Positions 13,270 through 24,521 of a stretch of 64,000 nucleotides of DNA are shown here, piece after piece; the first letter of the stretch is position 1, and every line of letters begins with the position of its first letter. Source of the DNA: Squalus acanthias (Eukaryota). Location of the stretch: positions 56,174,001 through 56,238,000 of the forward strand of contig CM059432.1 in assembly GCA_030390025.1 (NCBI GenBank). Direction: 5' to 3'. The position numbers and the translations under genes are program-made. Under the pieces are notes generated by a model that had not been told where the DNA came from, made no database searches, and was given only the letters and a program-made list of their open reading frames with translations.

Positions 13270-14756
13270 CTACACAAGCACAAAATAAGCACTGAAGTTA
13301 TGAGATTATTACAGCATAACATGCTTGTTAGTTTTATAAAACAATGCTATTAAGCACAAATGTTATTCTGCACCTAGTGAAAGAAGTTAAATGTTCTTCC
13401 ACTAATAAATTAAAATATATATACATATTCACTTTGGTCATCTTAATGAATTACATGGGTTGAAGAGGGCAAACAGATTTTAAAATTCTTTATGCTGACA
13501 GATATTAAGTCGATAATACAAAGAATTCATGATGAGGAACAATTATTAAGACTATCTTATCACTATCTATTGGCAGTTCAAATAGGGTTTTTTTTTAAAT
13601 AAGAGAAGTGAGAATTCTCTCCCCTCCCAGATGGGACGAGGAGATTAGGTCTTTAACTAGTGACTAAAACCATCCTAACTTTAACAAGAAAAAGGAACTG
13701 TCAATTTTCAATTTTGTAAAGGACCAGACGTTAATCAATGTTTAAAACTGAAATTTATATTGACCCAAGTAGATAATTTCCCCCCTTATTATTTAAGCCT
13801 TGTTTTTCTCACTTCTCACTCCATGTTATCATCCTGGCTGAGAGCACATGCAAGTAATCTTTTCCCCAACCTTCAGCAGTCTGTTCTGTAACCATGTGTT
13901 AGGAGGTAAACAAGAATAGCCCAGGCAATTTGACATCCTGATTTATCCAATTGTGTTAGCCTTCATCCAATATGTCCCGAAAGACTTTGCCAAGACATAT
14001 AGGGAAAAACCTGGTGTGAATACATCCTGCCACAATGTGTGAGTGTGCCTATGTATATTTCTAAAAGTAAAACACATTTTCAAATAGGGTCCACTTTCAC
14101 CCACCCCAACTATATTGCTTAAAAACTAAATCCATATTTTTTTTAAATAAGTCATTTTAAAGGTAACTACCTGCTCTCCTGTGATGTTGCTCAAAGATAA
14201 CCAAGAGCATGGTTGTCATGTTTAGTTGATAACCTGGTCTGCCCCTTTACTCCCTGTGGAGAAGTAGTCTAAACAGGCCCTGATGTCAATCAGAGCATAA
14301 CTGTTGGTTGGCGTGGAAAGTTTGCAGATTTCCAAGTGCTTGTAAATTTTCAGCTCCAAGAAAGAATAAACTTTTCTTTCTTTTCTATGCTACTTGACTG
14401 TGATAGACCAGTGACTCTCTCATGGCATTGCTCACAGGTAATCTTAGTTCTGGAGCATGATTGTGATGTTTAGCTGCTAACCAGACCACCGCATTTAAGG
14501 CTCCAAGTCAATGATTGGCTTTCTCTTTCTAAAATCGTTTTGCCTCTGCAAAAAGAAGTGACGTCTGGTCCATGACAAATGTACGTTAGATGCAAGCTTA
14601 TATAGATATGACTTAGTGAAGCTGGTTTACTCTTCCTACACAATAAAAGTGTAAACATATTTTTCAACCACCCTACAAAGAAAGCACTGAATGGAGCTCT
14701 TTGTGTAGTAATATTTACTTACACACAATATCAAAATAAATATAATACTCAGTATT

Positions 14757-14968
14757 AAACAACAACAACTTGCATTTATATATAGCGCCTTTAACATAGC
14801 AAAACATCCCAAGGTGCTTCACAGGAGCGTTATCAAACAAAATTTGACACCGAGATATTAGGGCAGATGACCAAAAGCTTGGTCAAAGAGGTAGGTTTCA
14901 ATGAGCGTCTCAAAGAAGGAAAGAGAGGTAGAAAGGCAGAGAGTTTTAGGGAGGGAATTCCAGAGCTT
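14757..14968 (-). mobile_element. L2-type LINE 3' end fragment
   Basis: Terminal ...GGCGCTATATATAAATGCAAGTTGTTGTTG on the minus strand; a similar fragment lies at 59465-59750. Confidence 0.6.
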
Positions 14969-15526
14969 TCACAATGTGTAAACGGCTATAGTGCTCTCTT
15001 GTATTAGACTGTAAAATTAATTTTCATCAATAACTGTCAAATCATATGGTACATAATGCTACTTAGTAAATCACAATTCAATTGTGGAGACCTACATTTT
15101 GGTGTCCAAGATAGACATGAACAATAGAGCAAAAATGACAATGATTCAAGGTTCTATGAACAATACAAACTTTGGAGCACGTTCAAAGGTAGTAACATCT
15201 TGGGAATTAAGTTATATTTGAACTCTTAAGCTTTGTTCTGTTATGACATCATCTAATCCCCTTGACGTGTTACTGCGTTAAAACAAACTTCAGGTTACAT
15301 GTTTTCCTATAAAACTATTCAAACAGCTTGTGTTAACGTTTGTATGTAAATTATATATATAGTAATAATAAATTGATGGTACATCAGCTACACAAAGCAA
15401 TTAAAGGTTCTTGATTATAGACTCAAACATTTCAACAACCGAGAGTGCTCGAGGTTGAATGGTATTGAGTACTCTTATTTAGAATAAAGATACTAATTTT
15501 GGATAAAATTTTGAAAATGTAATTAC

Positions 15527-15593
15527 CTTCTGTGACTCCATTAATGCTAAGGGAGATAATAGACAAGAAATCTTCACATTCCCCTTGTTGTAA
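15527..15593 (-). CDS. THOC1: THOC1 coding exon 4 (LQQGECEDFLSIISLSINGVTEG)
   Basis: Polypyrimidine tract plus tag acceptor, 67 nt, donor GTAATT; matches the THOC1 segment IISLxIxGVTEG; phases are consistent. Confidence 0.95.
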
Positions 15594-16937
15594 CTAAAAA
15601 GAGAAAAAAAGTTTCAAGAACAAAGTTACTAACGCCTGCGTGGTATACAATATTAGTGGTTCATTTGTTTGAAGTCATAATATTGCTAACCCAGTTGGAT
15701 TATTCTCCATTAAATTTAACATATACAAAAAACAGATCTGATGGCCATCTCGGAGTAACCTGAACTACAAAAAGTGCAACTTGTCCAAATTATCAGACCT
15801 GAAATTCTAAGACTGACTATATAGACTGCAGCGGTTCAAGAAGGCAGCCCACCATCACCTTCTCAAAGGAAACTAGGGATAGGTAATAAATGACAGCCTT
15901 GCCAGTAATGCAGAGAATGAAAAAAAATAAGTCCTTATCTGATAAAAATTCAATATTCCAAAAGGCAAATACATTTTTTTAAAGAAACTTTTCTTTTAAT
16001 CTTAATTTTTCTACTAAAGATCGTTTGCCAGCAAGCATCGCCTTTCAATCAGATAGGTAGATAGGACTATCTATTGTTTGGACATGAGTGGTAGCTGACC
16101 ACTGGTAATATTAGCCCTTGACTAAACAGTAGGAAAGAATCCTTCAAACAGAAAGTCTTATTGGCAACTACTGGTTTGACCTAGAACTGACAAATTTTAA
16201 CCAGATGATTTTGAGTAATTGGCAGTTTTAGGATTCAAGCCCATCACAGTGGCTGGAAATCAAGCACCCAACAGCTAAGCTAACAGGCCATGTAGTAAAT
16301 GTAAGTTCGGACACAGAGAATACCATATTTCCCCACAATCACTAAGGTTGCACTGCAGTGACACTATGCTCTCCATTAATTAGTTCATTGCTGAAAAACT
16401 GGATTCTGTCATATTAAGGAGAACTCGAAATAAAGATCTACTCCAAGCGTGCTATGAACTAGCAGTTATATACAATAGAAACCTACTGAGACATACCAAC
16501 AAACATATAGGGTATATCCCATCACAATTTAGGAAAGGTGGTGAAATTTGGAAAAATACACATCTCCTCCCCCACCCCCGTAAATATGCACATTTCCATT
16601 TGAACTGCTTCAAACAAAATTTCATTTTTGAATACAATATCAAACAATTTGCTAGATAAGCCTGAAGAATGGTTCTGAGTGTAAAAGTCTCTATCGAGGA
16701 ATTCACAATCAGCAAATCCCTCCAGTTCCAGTACTCCTATAAAAAGAGAGCAAGTTTCACTGTTTTATCGGGTTTCCTTTCCCAGTTTTAATTCTTACTG
16801 CACTGTGGACAAGGGCCTGTCTGGCACAATTGGGTCTGGTGCCACTGGTTACTCTTCTATCACCATTCCTTCTAGGTTTGATGCACTTTTATACAATAAA
16901 GACTAATGCAACTGTGTCTATAAGTATATTGGCCCAG

Positions 16938-17620
16938 AAGGGTGGATGAAAAAATAAAATATATATATATGTGATAGGGGCCGTGGTTATGATCTGAAAT
17001 TGTTGAATTCTATGTTGAGTCCAGAGGGCTGTAGCGTGCCTAAACGAAAGATGAGGTGCTGTTCCTCAAGCTTACGCTGAGCTTCCGTGGAACAATGTAA
17101 GAGGTCGAGGTCAGAGTTGGAGTGGAGCGGAGAATTAAAGTGACAGGCCACCAGGAGCTCGGGGTCCCCCTTACGGACCTATCACATATATTTATATATT
17201 TTATTTTTTCATCCACCCTTTTGTTTGGCCCTTTTTTTTCTTCCCTCCCTGAAGCTGGCAGCTGTCCTTCATTCTGCCAGCGCATTTCACACTTCATCTA
17301 GAGCCATCCTTTGTTCCTCAACCTGTCACATTACCACCTCCTCTTGCCTTGAATATCTCTTAATGTCTCTTAATCTCTCCTGCTTTCTATCCTACCACTG
17401 ACCTTCCCTTTTGTTCTTTCATCCCCTCCCCCTTTTCCCAGCATTATACTTGCTTTAAATCTATTTCATTTCCTGCTTTTTTCCAGTTCTGACGAAGGGT
17501 CTTCGACCTGAAACGTTAACTCTGTTTCTCTCTCCACGGATGCTGCCTGGCCTGCTGAGTTTTTCCAGCGTTTTCTGTTGTTATTTCGGATTTCCAGCAT
17601 CCGCAGTATTTTGCTATCGT
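16938..17620. mobile_element. Penelope-like element fragment: inverted GIY-YIG C-terminus (minus) plus 3' region (plus) with a hammerhead motif
   Basis: Minus strand 17177->16987 reads ...VACHFNS...QRKLEEQHLIFRLGTLQPSGLNIEFNNFRS*; 41/43-bp inverted repeat at 16938-16978 and 17178-17220. Confidence 0.85.
17485..17521 (+). ncRNA. Minimal type I hammerhead ribozyme motif
   Basis: Stem I AGTT/AACT, core CTGACGA, stem II AGGGTC-TTC-GACCT, GAAA, palindromic stem III AACGTT, and a predicted GUU cleavage triplet. Confidence 0.75.
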
Positions 17621-17624
17621 ATTA

Positions 17625-17935
17625 TGTAATTTATAGTTATTTTAAAAATGTGATTTTTAAAAAAAAATTTATTTGAAGTTTTACTTAGGTTTTGGGGCCG
17701 ATCTTCCTGTCAAATCTATGAATGGAGATTCCCTGCTCCAATTGGCTCCCCATGATCCCAGGGGACGGTGCGAACTAGTTGCGCCGCTGGGATACGCGAG
17801 CACTGCACACCGGCAGCTGGAGGAGGCCCAGGATCGGAATCCCACGCGGGCCCACAGCACAACGGCAGGCGCGCTATGTAAGTGCACCCGCTATGCTTGC
17901 ACCCGCGGGAAGCCTCCAACCCGAATTTCTGGGAT
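17625..17935. mobile_element. Right arm of a MITE family B relative
   Basis: Similar to 22575-22904 and ends CGAATTTCTGGG; the left-end stub ATT-GGCCCAGAA lies at 16928-16939. Confidence 0.7.
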
Positions 17936-18122
17936 TATACATTGATAGATATACTGTATAATACTTTTAATGTTCAATCTATGTATATGCTGATAATTTT
18001 TTTGACTGCTCAGTTTGTTCTTAACTTCATTAGTATTTCATAACCATTATCATTACAAGCAATATCTAAAGTTGTAAAAGAAATGTCTCTGCCATAAATA
18101 GCAGAATTCCAATGACACTTAC

Positions 18123-18183
18123 AATTTTTTCTTCAAGAATGCCTCTGAACGCCTGATCCAGTGTTGTTTTCTTTTCTGTTTCA
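18123..18183 (-). CDS. THOC1: THOC1 coding exon 3 (ETEKKTTLDQAFRGILEEKI)
   Basis: Acceptor aatgcag, 61 nt, donor GTAAGT; TLDQAFRGILEE is a conserved THOC1 segment. Confidence 0.96.
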
Positions 18184-18327
18184 CTGCATTGAAACAAAGC
18201 AAGCATACATTCTTGAACAAAAACATTCCACCCTCTGATAATCATGTAAAAGCCAAATTTACTACATCAGAAGCTCTATTAAGTTGGTCAGTTTTAAATG
18301 TGCAAGCTAAAATGTTAATTCACTCAC

Positions 18328-18401
18328 CCTCCACTCAACTGGCTGAAGATAAGAATTAGTGGCTTGACATTCTTGCTGTTCAAAGCTTCTTTTGTACAAA
18401 T
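18328..18401 (-). CDS. THOC1: THOC1 coding exon 2 (ICTKEALNSKNVKPLILIFSQLSG)
   Basis: Acceptor gtttcactag, 74 nt, donor GTGAGT; matches the THOC1 segment EALNxKNxKPL. Confidence 0.95.
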
Positions 18402-19639
18402 CTAGTGAAACAAAAGTAAACTGCAGTAAGGCTCATAAACGTATTTCATGATTAGTTTTCAAAGTGTTGTCTTTCTTACTCAATTAAAAATTGAGCTTAT
18501 CAACTGTGTGAATTAGCAGTCTCTTACAACTGCTAAAACAATTTTTGTAAGTCCAGTCTACCTACTGTGCAATTCCACCTATCTGAAGATTGAACAGTTT
18601 CCTGCGCAGAGCAAGGTACAGTGACAAATTAAATAGGCTCAAAATTGAACCTCTAACTCCAATTGACATGTCATAAAGGTGAAAGTATATGGGACTGACT
18701 CCCCAATTACTGAAATATAAAATACATTTTAAGACTATATTAGATGGAATGAGTACTTTTGTAGTAAAATAGAGAGAAACAGTTCTTTCAGATGCTAAGA
18801 AGCAAGCTTTTGTATAGATTCAGTTAACCTAGATATTTTCCTCCAGTCCTTCCTTCAGCATACCCTCCACTCACCATGACCAATGGTACATGTGATCTGC
18901 TGGCATATTAAAATTAATTGTTTTGTAAAGATCTAACATAGTCACAACTTAAACATGCCAAATGCAAAAATCTGGAATGGGGAGGCTGGGGGAAAGGAAT
19001 AATTGCTCCAGTTGATATGCATTATCAACTTTTTAAACCCATCTACAGTTAGTCTTATATTGTTCTTCAACGGCAACACCATTACATACAAAACAACTAT
19101 TGTGTCCTGTGATATGATGATATCAGCCCTTCGCAAAGCCAGTTTGTAAATGTATGAAATAATAAGCTCCACAGTGCAGCCACTTTACAGGAAGACTGGC
19201 TACACTAACTACTGGTAAATAAATATGGGACAGCAGCTCAACTAGTAATAAATCATACATTTTGAGCACTAGGTGGTTTATTTTCTGCATATCAACAATG
19301 CACATGTATCCTCTGTATATTTTCTCCCCTCTAGCTACATTTGTGTGTCAGTCATGACCAAAGTTTCATGCAAGAGCTTTTTGATTGATTTCCTATAAGC
19401 TAAAATCTAATTTTGGTGTTGGTTTAGTATTTCTACTGGTTGCAAATAAGGTCTATAGTATCATTCAAAAAATAGATTATTTGTCATTCATCTTATTGCT
19501 GTTTGTGGGATCTTGCTGTGGACAACTGGCTGCTATGTTTGCCTACATTACAAAGTTCCACGCAAATGAATACGAGTTAAGGTCAAAGCTTTGGACTTCC
19601 AGGGTAAATTTTGGGAATGGATTATAAATTGCCTTGAAA

Positions 19640-21215
19640 GGTGCCTGCTAGTGAAGTTAATGTCTGGGTGGGATAAGTACAGGATGCTCCAGGGATTGGC
19701 ACTGGGACTATGACTGTTTCTAATTTAAATCAATGATTTGGATTCAGAACTCCATACAAATTTGCAGATAACACCAAACTAGAGGTTGCAGTGAAATTGG
19801 GGGTGGCAGTTCATAAACTACCGAATGAGCTGGACAAAATTGTAAGTGGGCAAAACAATGGCAAATTAAATTTAATACAGACAAGCGTAAACTACTTCAC
19901 ACAGGAAAGAAAAATGGGCAACTCCATGAATGGTACTGGAATAGCTACAAATGGAGTTTTAGGAGACTTAACATATCCAATGGAGCAGCAGTCAACAAAA
20001 CTAATAGAATGCTGAATTATATACTCAGAACAGTACAATACAAGTCAGAGGAAGTCGTGATCAAACTGTACAGTGCTTGGTCAGACCTTGAGTAATATGT
20101 CTAGCTCTGGTAACTGCAACACAGGGGAAACATTCAAGGCAGTACAGAGAAGAGCCACAAGGCTGATCCCCAGAGTCAAGGTTAGAGTTACACAGAATTA
20201 CATAGACTATACAGCACAGAAACAGGCCATTTGGCCCAACTAGTCTGTGCTGGTGTTTATACCCCACACGAGTCTCTTCCCATTCCATCTACCCCATCTC
20301 GCCTTTCAGCATATCTTTCTATTCCCTTTTCTCTCATGTACTCGTCTAGTTTCCTTTTGAAAACATCGAAGCTATTGGCTTCAACCACTTCCTGTGATAG
20401 CGATTTCCACATTCTAACCACTCTCTGAGTAAAGAAATTTCTCCTTATTTCCCTATTGGATTTATTAGTAACTTTCTTGTATTTATGACCCCTAGTTTTG
20501 GATTCTCCCACAAGTGGAAACATTCTCTCCACATCTACCCTGTTCAACCCATTCATAATTTTAAAGACTTTATTATTTCTTTTTATATTCCTTGATAAAT
20601 TGATTTCGTAATTTCTCTTTGGCTTCTTGATGGTTTTGTTTTAAACTTCTCTCCTAAGTTCTTCCTATTCCATTTTGCCCTCCTCTCCTTTAGTTTCTAA
20701 GTTCTTCTTGTATGTCTCTTTCTTTAAATTCAATTTTCCCTTTAGTTCTATATTTCATCCACGATGCCCCATAATTAGCTTGCTTGTTTTTGGCTTTTAG
20801 TGGATGAGCAAGACAAGACAGATTACCCTTCTAAAGATTTCCGACTGATTTTTTGTCTCTTTGTTTTTCAAGATTTTCTTCCAGTTTACCTTCTTTAGTT
20901 CCACCCTCGTTTCCTCATTATTTGCTCTTTGCCAATCTATTACATTAGTCTTTGTCCTATTTAGATCACTCTTGATCCTAGTCTTGAACCTTAGTATGTT
21001 GTGATCACTCTACTAAGATGCTCTCCTACCCTTACTTCTCCTATCTGTTTTGGTCCATTACAAGATCCAGCAGTGATTCTTTCCTTGTTGGACTTCTTAC
21101 ATGCTGAGTGAGAATGGAGTCCTGTATACACTGTAAAAACTCAATTCCCTTTTCTCCTTTTGCTACTTCTTCCTGCTAGTTTATTTGGGGTAGTTAAAAT
21201 CTCCCATAATTATTA
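19640..21215. mobile_element. Decayed CR1 fragments (plus 19640-20180; minus 20185-21215)
   Basis: Degenerate RT (FADNTKL-like) segment; ORF 20257..20556 is a CR1 ORF2 C-terminus. Confidence 0.7.
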
Positions 21216-21217
21216 TT

Positions 21218-23210
21218 AGAACATAAGAACATAAGAAATAGGAGCAGGAGTAAGCCATTCGGCCCTGCTCTGCCATTCAATAAGATCATGGATGATCTTC
21301 TACCTCAACCCCACTTTCCTGCACTATCCCCATATCCCTTGATTCCCTTGATATCCAAAAATCTATCGATCTCGGTCTTGAATTTACTCAACTACTGAGC
21401 CTCCACAGCCCTCTGGGGTAGAGAATTCCAAAGATTCACCAGCCTCTGAGTGAAAAAATTTCTCCTCATCTCAGTCCTAAATGGCCGACCCCTTATTCTG
21501 AGACTGTGACCCTGGTTCTAGACTCCCCAGCCAGGGGAAACATCCTCCCTGCATCTACCCTGTCAAGCCCTCCCTGTAAGAACTTTGTATGTTTCAATGA
21601 GATCACCTCTCATTCTTCTAAACTCTGGAGAATACAGGCCTAGTCTACTCAATCTCTCCTCATAGGACAATCCCCCCCATCCCAGGAACCAGTCTGGTGA
21701 ACCTTCGTTGTACTCCCTCTACGGCAAGTATATCCTTCCTTAGGTAAGGAGACCAAAACTGTACACAATACTCCAGGTGTGGTCTCACCAGGGCCCTATA
21801 TAATTGCAGCAAGACATCTTTACTCTTATACTCAAATCCTCTTGTAATAAAGGTTAACATACCATTTGCTTTCTTAATTGCTTGCTGTACCTGCATGTTA
21901 ACTTTCAGTGATTCGTGTACAAGGACACCCAGGTCCCTCTGAACACCAACATTTCCTCCTCTCATCATTTAAAAATACTCTGCTTTTCTATTTTTCCTAC
22001 CAAAGTGGATAACTTCACATTTTTCCACATTATATTCCATTTGCCATGTTCCTGCCCACTCACTTAGCCTGGCTATATCCCCTTGAAGCCTCTTTGTATC
22101 CTTCTCACAACTTACATTCCCACCTAGCTTTGTATCAGCAAACTTGGATATATTGGCTCAAAAATTCGGCCGTTCCCGGGTGAGTACTCAGTGCGTACTC
22201 ACCCGTATTGCTTTCCGAAGTGCCGGTTTCCTGCATGCACTGCGCATGCGCGGGATACCGGAACTTCCGGTATGGTGAAAGGGGCGGTTCCTAGGTGAAC
22301 CGCGTGCGCGCTAGAGGCTGCGCGCACGCAGCACACTTAGATTTTTTTTCAGGTTTCTACGCGAGGGTAAGTATTGAAGATTCTACGCCAATAAAAAGGA
22401 GGCGTAAGACCCCTTTTGAACAAGGTAAGTGGTTAATTAAGTATAATTTTAAATTTTTTTCAACAGGTTTATCTTTTTTAGATACTTTAAAGAAAGGTAA
22501 GTTTATTTTTATAACTTTTAAAAAGTATTTTAATTTTTTCAAAAATTAAAATTTTTGTTTAAAGTGGTTAATTTATTTAACTATAGTTATTTTATAAATG
22601 TGATGGTTTTTTAAAAAAAAATTATTTTAAGTTTAGCTGTTCTTTTGGGGCCGATTTCAATTCACAGATTTGACAGGTCCCCTGTCAAATCTATGAATGA
22701 AAGATGGTCTGCTGCCATTGGCTCTCCATGGCCCACGTGATCCCAGGGGTCGCATCGCACTAACTGCGCCCCGGAACACGCAAGCACTGCGCGCCGGCTC
22801 TTGGGAGGCGCCCAGGACCCGAAGTTCCTGTGGGCCCAAAACACAACGGCAGGCGCGGTGGGTAAGAGCGCGCGCGGCAAGCCGGCCACGCGAATTTCTA
22901 GGCCATTACATTTGGTCCCCTCATCCAAATCATTGACATAGATTATGAATAGCTGAGGCCCAAGCACTGATCCTTGCGGTACCCCACGAGTTACAGCCTG
23001 CCAACCCGAAAATGATCCGTTTATTGCTACTCTGTTTTCTGTCCATTAACCAATCCTCAATCCATGCTAGTATATTACCCCCAATCCCATGAGCCCTAAT
23101 TTTGTTTAATAACCTCTTGTGTGGCACCTTATCGAATGTCTTCTGAAAATCCAAATGCACCACATCCCCCTTATCTACTCTGCTAGTTACAACCTCAAAA
23201 AACTCCAGTA
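21218..23210 (-). mobile_element. CR1 3' fragment interrupted by MITE B
   Basis: ORFs 21660..21968 and 22930..23226 (DFQKTFDKVPH); CR1 tail at ~21218. Confidence 0.9.
22155..22904. mobile_element. Non-autonomous DNA transposon (MITE family B, Harbinger-like)
   Basis: Imperfect TIRs GGCTCAAAAATTCG / CGAATTTCTAGGCC (11/14); 3-bp TSD ATT at 22152-22154 and 22905-22907. Removing it restores the CR1 RT sequence. Confidence 0.85.
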
Positions 23211-23366
23211 GTTTCCCTCCCTGCATACAGACTTCCTGCCTGCAAACACCACCACAGGAAATCCTCTTTTAAATAAAGAACAAGTGGAGGATGTTTTAAA
23301 GCTGCAAAACATTGCATAATTGAGAATGCTTAGAAGCACCGGAACCTCACTTTCACATTTTAGCAC

Positions 23367-23620
23367 AGGCTCATTGGTAGCACTCTCACCTTTAAAGGTT
23401 GTGGGTTCAAGCCACACTTCAGAAGTTTTAGCACATAATCTAGGCTGACATTTCAGTGTAGTAGTGAGGGAGTGCAGCACTGTCAGAGGAGCCATCTTTC
23501 AGATGAGACTTTAAACCAATATCCCATCTGTCCTCTCAGGTGCACATTTGTACTATTTGAAGAACAAGGGAGTTCACTCAGTGTTCTGGCCAATATTTAT
23601 CTCTCAATCAACATCACAAA
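23367..23620 (+). mobile_element. Deu-domain SINE (SacSINE1/AmnSINE-like), 5' part
   Basis: tRNA-like head with GGGTTCAAGCC, followed by TCTTTCAGATGAGAC...; homologous to 52352-52803. Confidence 0.65.
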
Positions 23621-23749
23621 AAAAAACCCGTCTGGCATGTAACCCCATCCCACTTTAAAAAAAGGGTGTAGTGAAAATACAACAGTCTCGATGAACACGG
23701 AACCGAGTAGCTAGTTTTATATATCACACAATTAGACTTTATTGGCCTG

Positions 23750-24221
23750 GAACATTGCGGGTTATTGCAAATTATTGCCGCGCCCGGTGTCCCAGATCAC
23801 TTTTTTATGTCGCTGATGACAACTCTCCCCTCCTCCCTTCCCCAGGCGCAGGTATCTCATTTAACCTTAACCACAACCCGCCCCCACCCCGTACAATAAA
23901 CATCACCACTATACAGTATCAACAATGAGGAAAGGGCAAATCACTCGCGATCACACAACGCCGACGACTCCTTACACTGAATTTCTGTCGTGCCTCATTA
24001 AACTGGAACACGCCGGGAGACATTTTGACCGGAAGTCCCGAGCGCGATGCGAACTCGGAAACAGGATCTCGACGCAGCAGCGCCCCCTCGCTTCGGGCGA
24101 GTAGAAGAGAGCACATCGTTACAGTCCTCAACCGCACCGTTACAGAGACCACGTTACTCAGAGCGCAACGTTACAGTCAGTCCTCAACGTGATGCACACC
24201 GCACTGTTACACAAACCACAT
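23750..24221 (-). promoter_or_regulatory. CpG-rich THOC1 promoter / 5' UTR region
   Basis: High CpG density around exon 1; ETS-type CCGGAAGT at 24029-24036 just upstream of the ATG. Confidence 0.7.
23976..24023 (-). CDS. THOC1: THO complex subunit 1, coding exon 1 (MSPGVFQFNEARQKFS)
   Basis: ATG at 24023 in a CpG-rich region; 48 nt followed by donor GTAAGG. The peptide resembles the vertebrate THOC1 N-terminus and is in phase with exon 2. Confidence 0.92.
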
Positions 24222-24235
24222 TACACAGAGCGCAA

Positions 24236-24362
24236 GGTGGGCACCGCAGGGACAGGAGTGTATCATCACCCCGGCCAACACAATTTTAATTTAAGTTCTT
24301 AAGGTTCATTTAAAGTTTTATTAGTTACAGTTTATTTGTTTTAGTGCACCAAATCAAAAGAG
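24236..24362 (+). mobile_element. Very short 3' fragment of a Tx1/L1-clade LINE, copy 1
   Basis: Encodes RWAPQGQECIITPANTILI*, homologous to the end of ORF 32517..32957; 3' end CAAAAGAG; flanked by TACACAGAGCGCAA direct repeats. Confidence 0.85.
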
Positions 24363-24376
24363 TACACAGAGCGCAA

Positions 24377-24506
24377 GGTGGGCACCGCAGGGACTGGAGT
24401 GCATTAGCACCACTGGCAATGAAATTTCAATTTAATTTATTAAGTTTCCTTTAATGTATTTTTGTTAATTTACAGTTTATTTGATTTTTGTTCGTACCCA
24501 AAAGAG
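24377..24506 (+). mobile_element. Very short 3' fragment of a Tx1/L1-clade LINE, copy 2
   Basis: Encodes RWAPQGLECISTTGNEISI*; 3' end CAAAAGAG; flanked by the same 14-bp repeats. Confidence 0.85.
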
Positions 24507-24521
24507 TACACAGAGCGCAAC

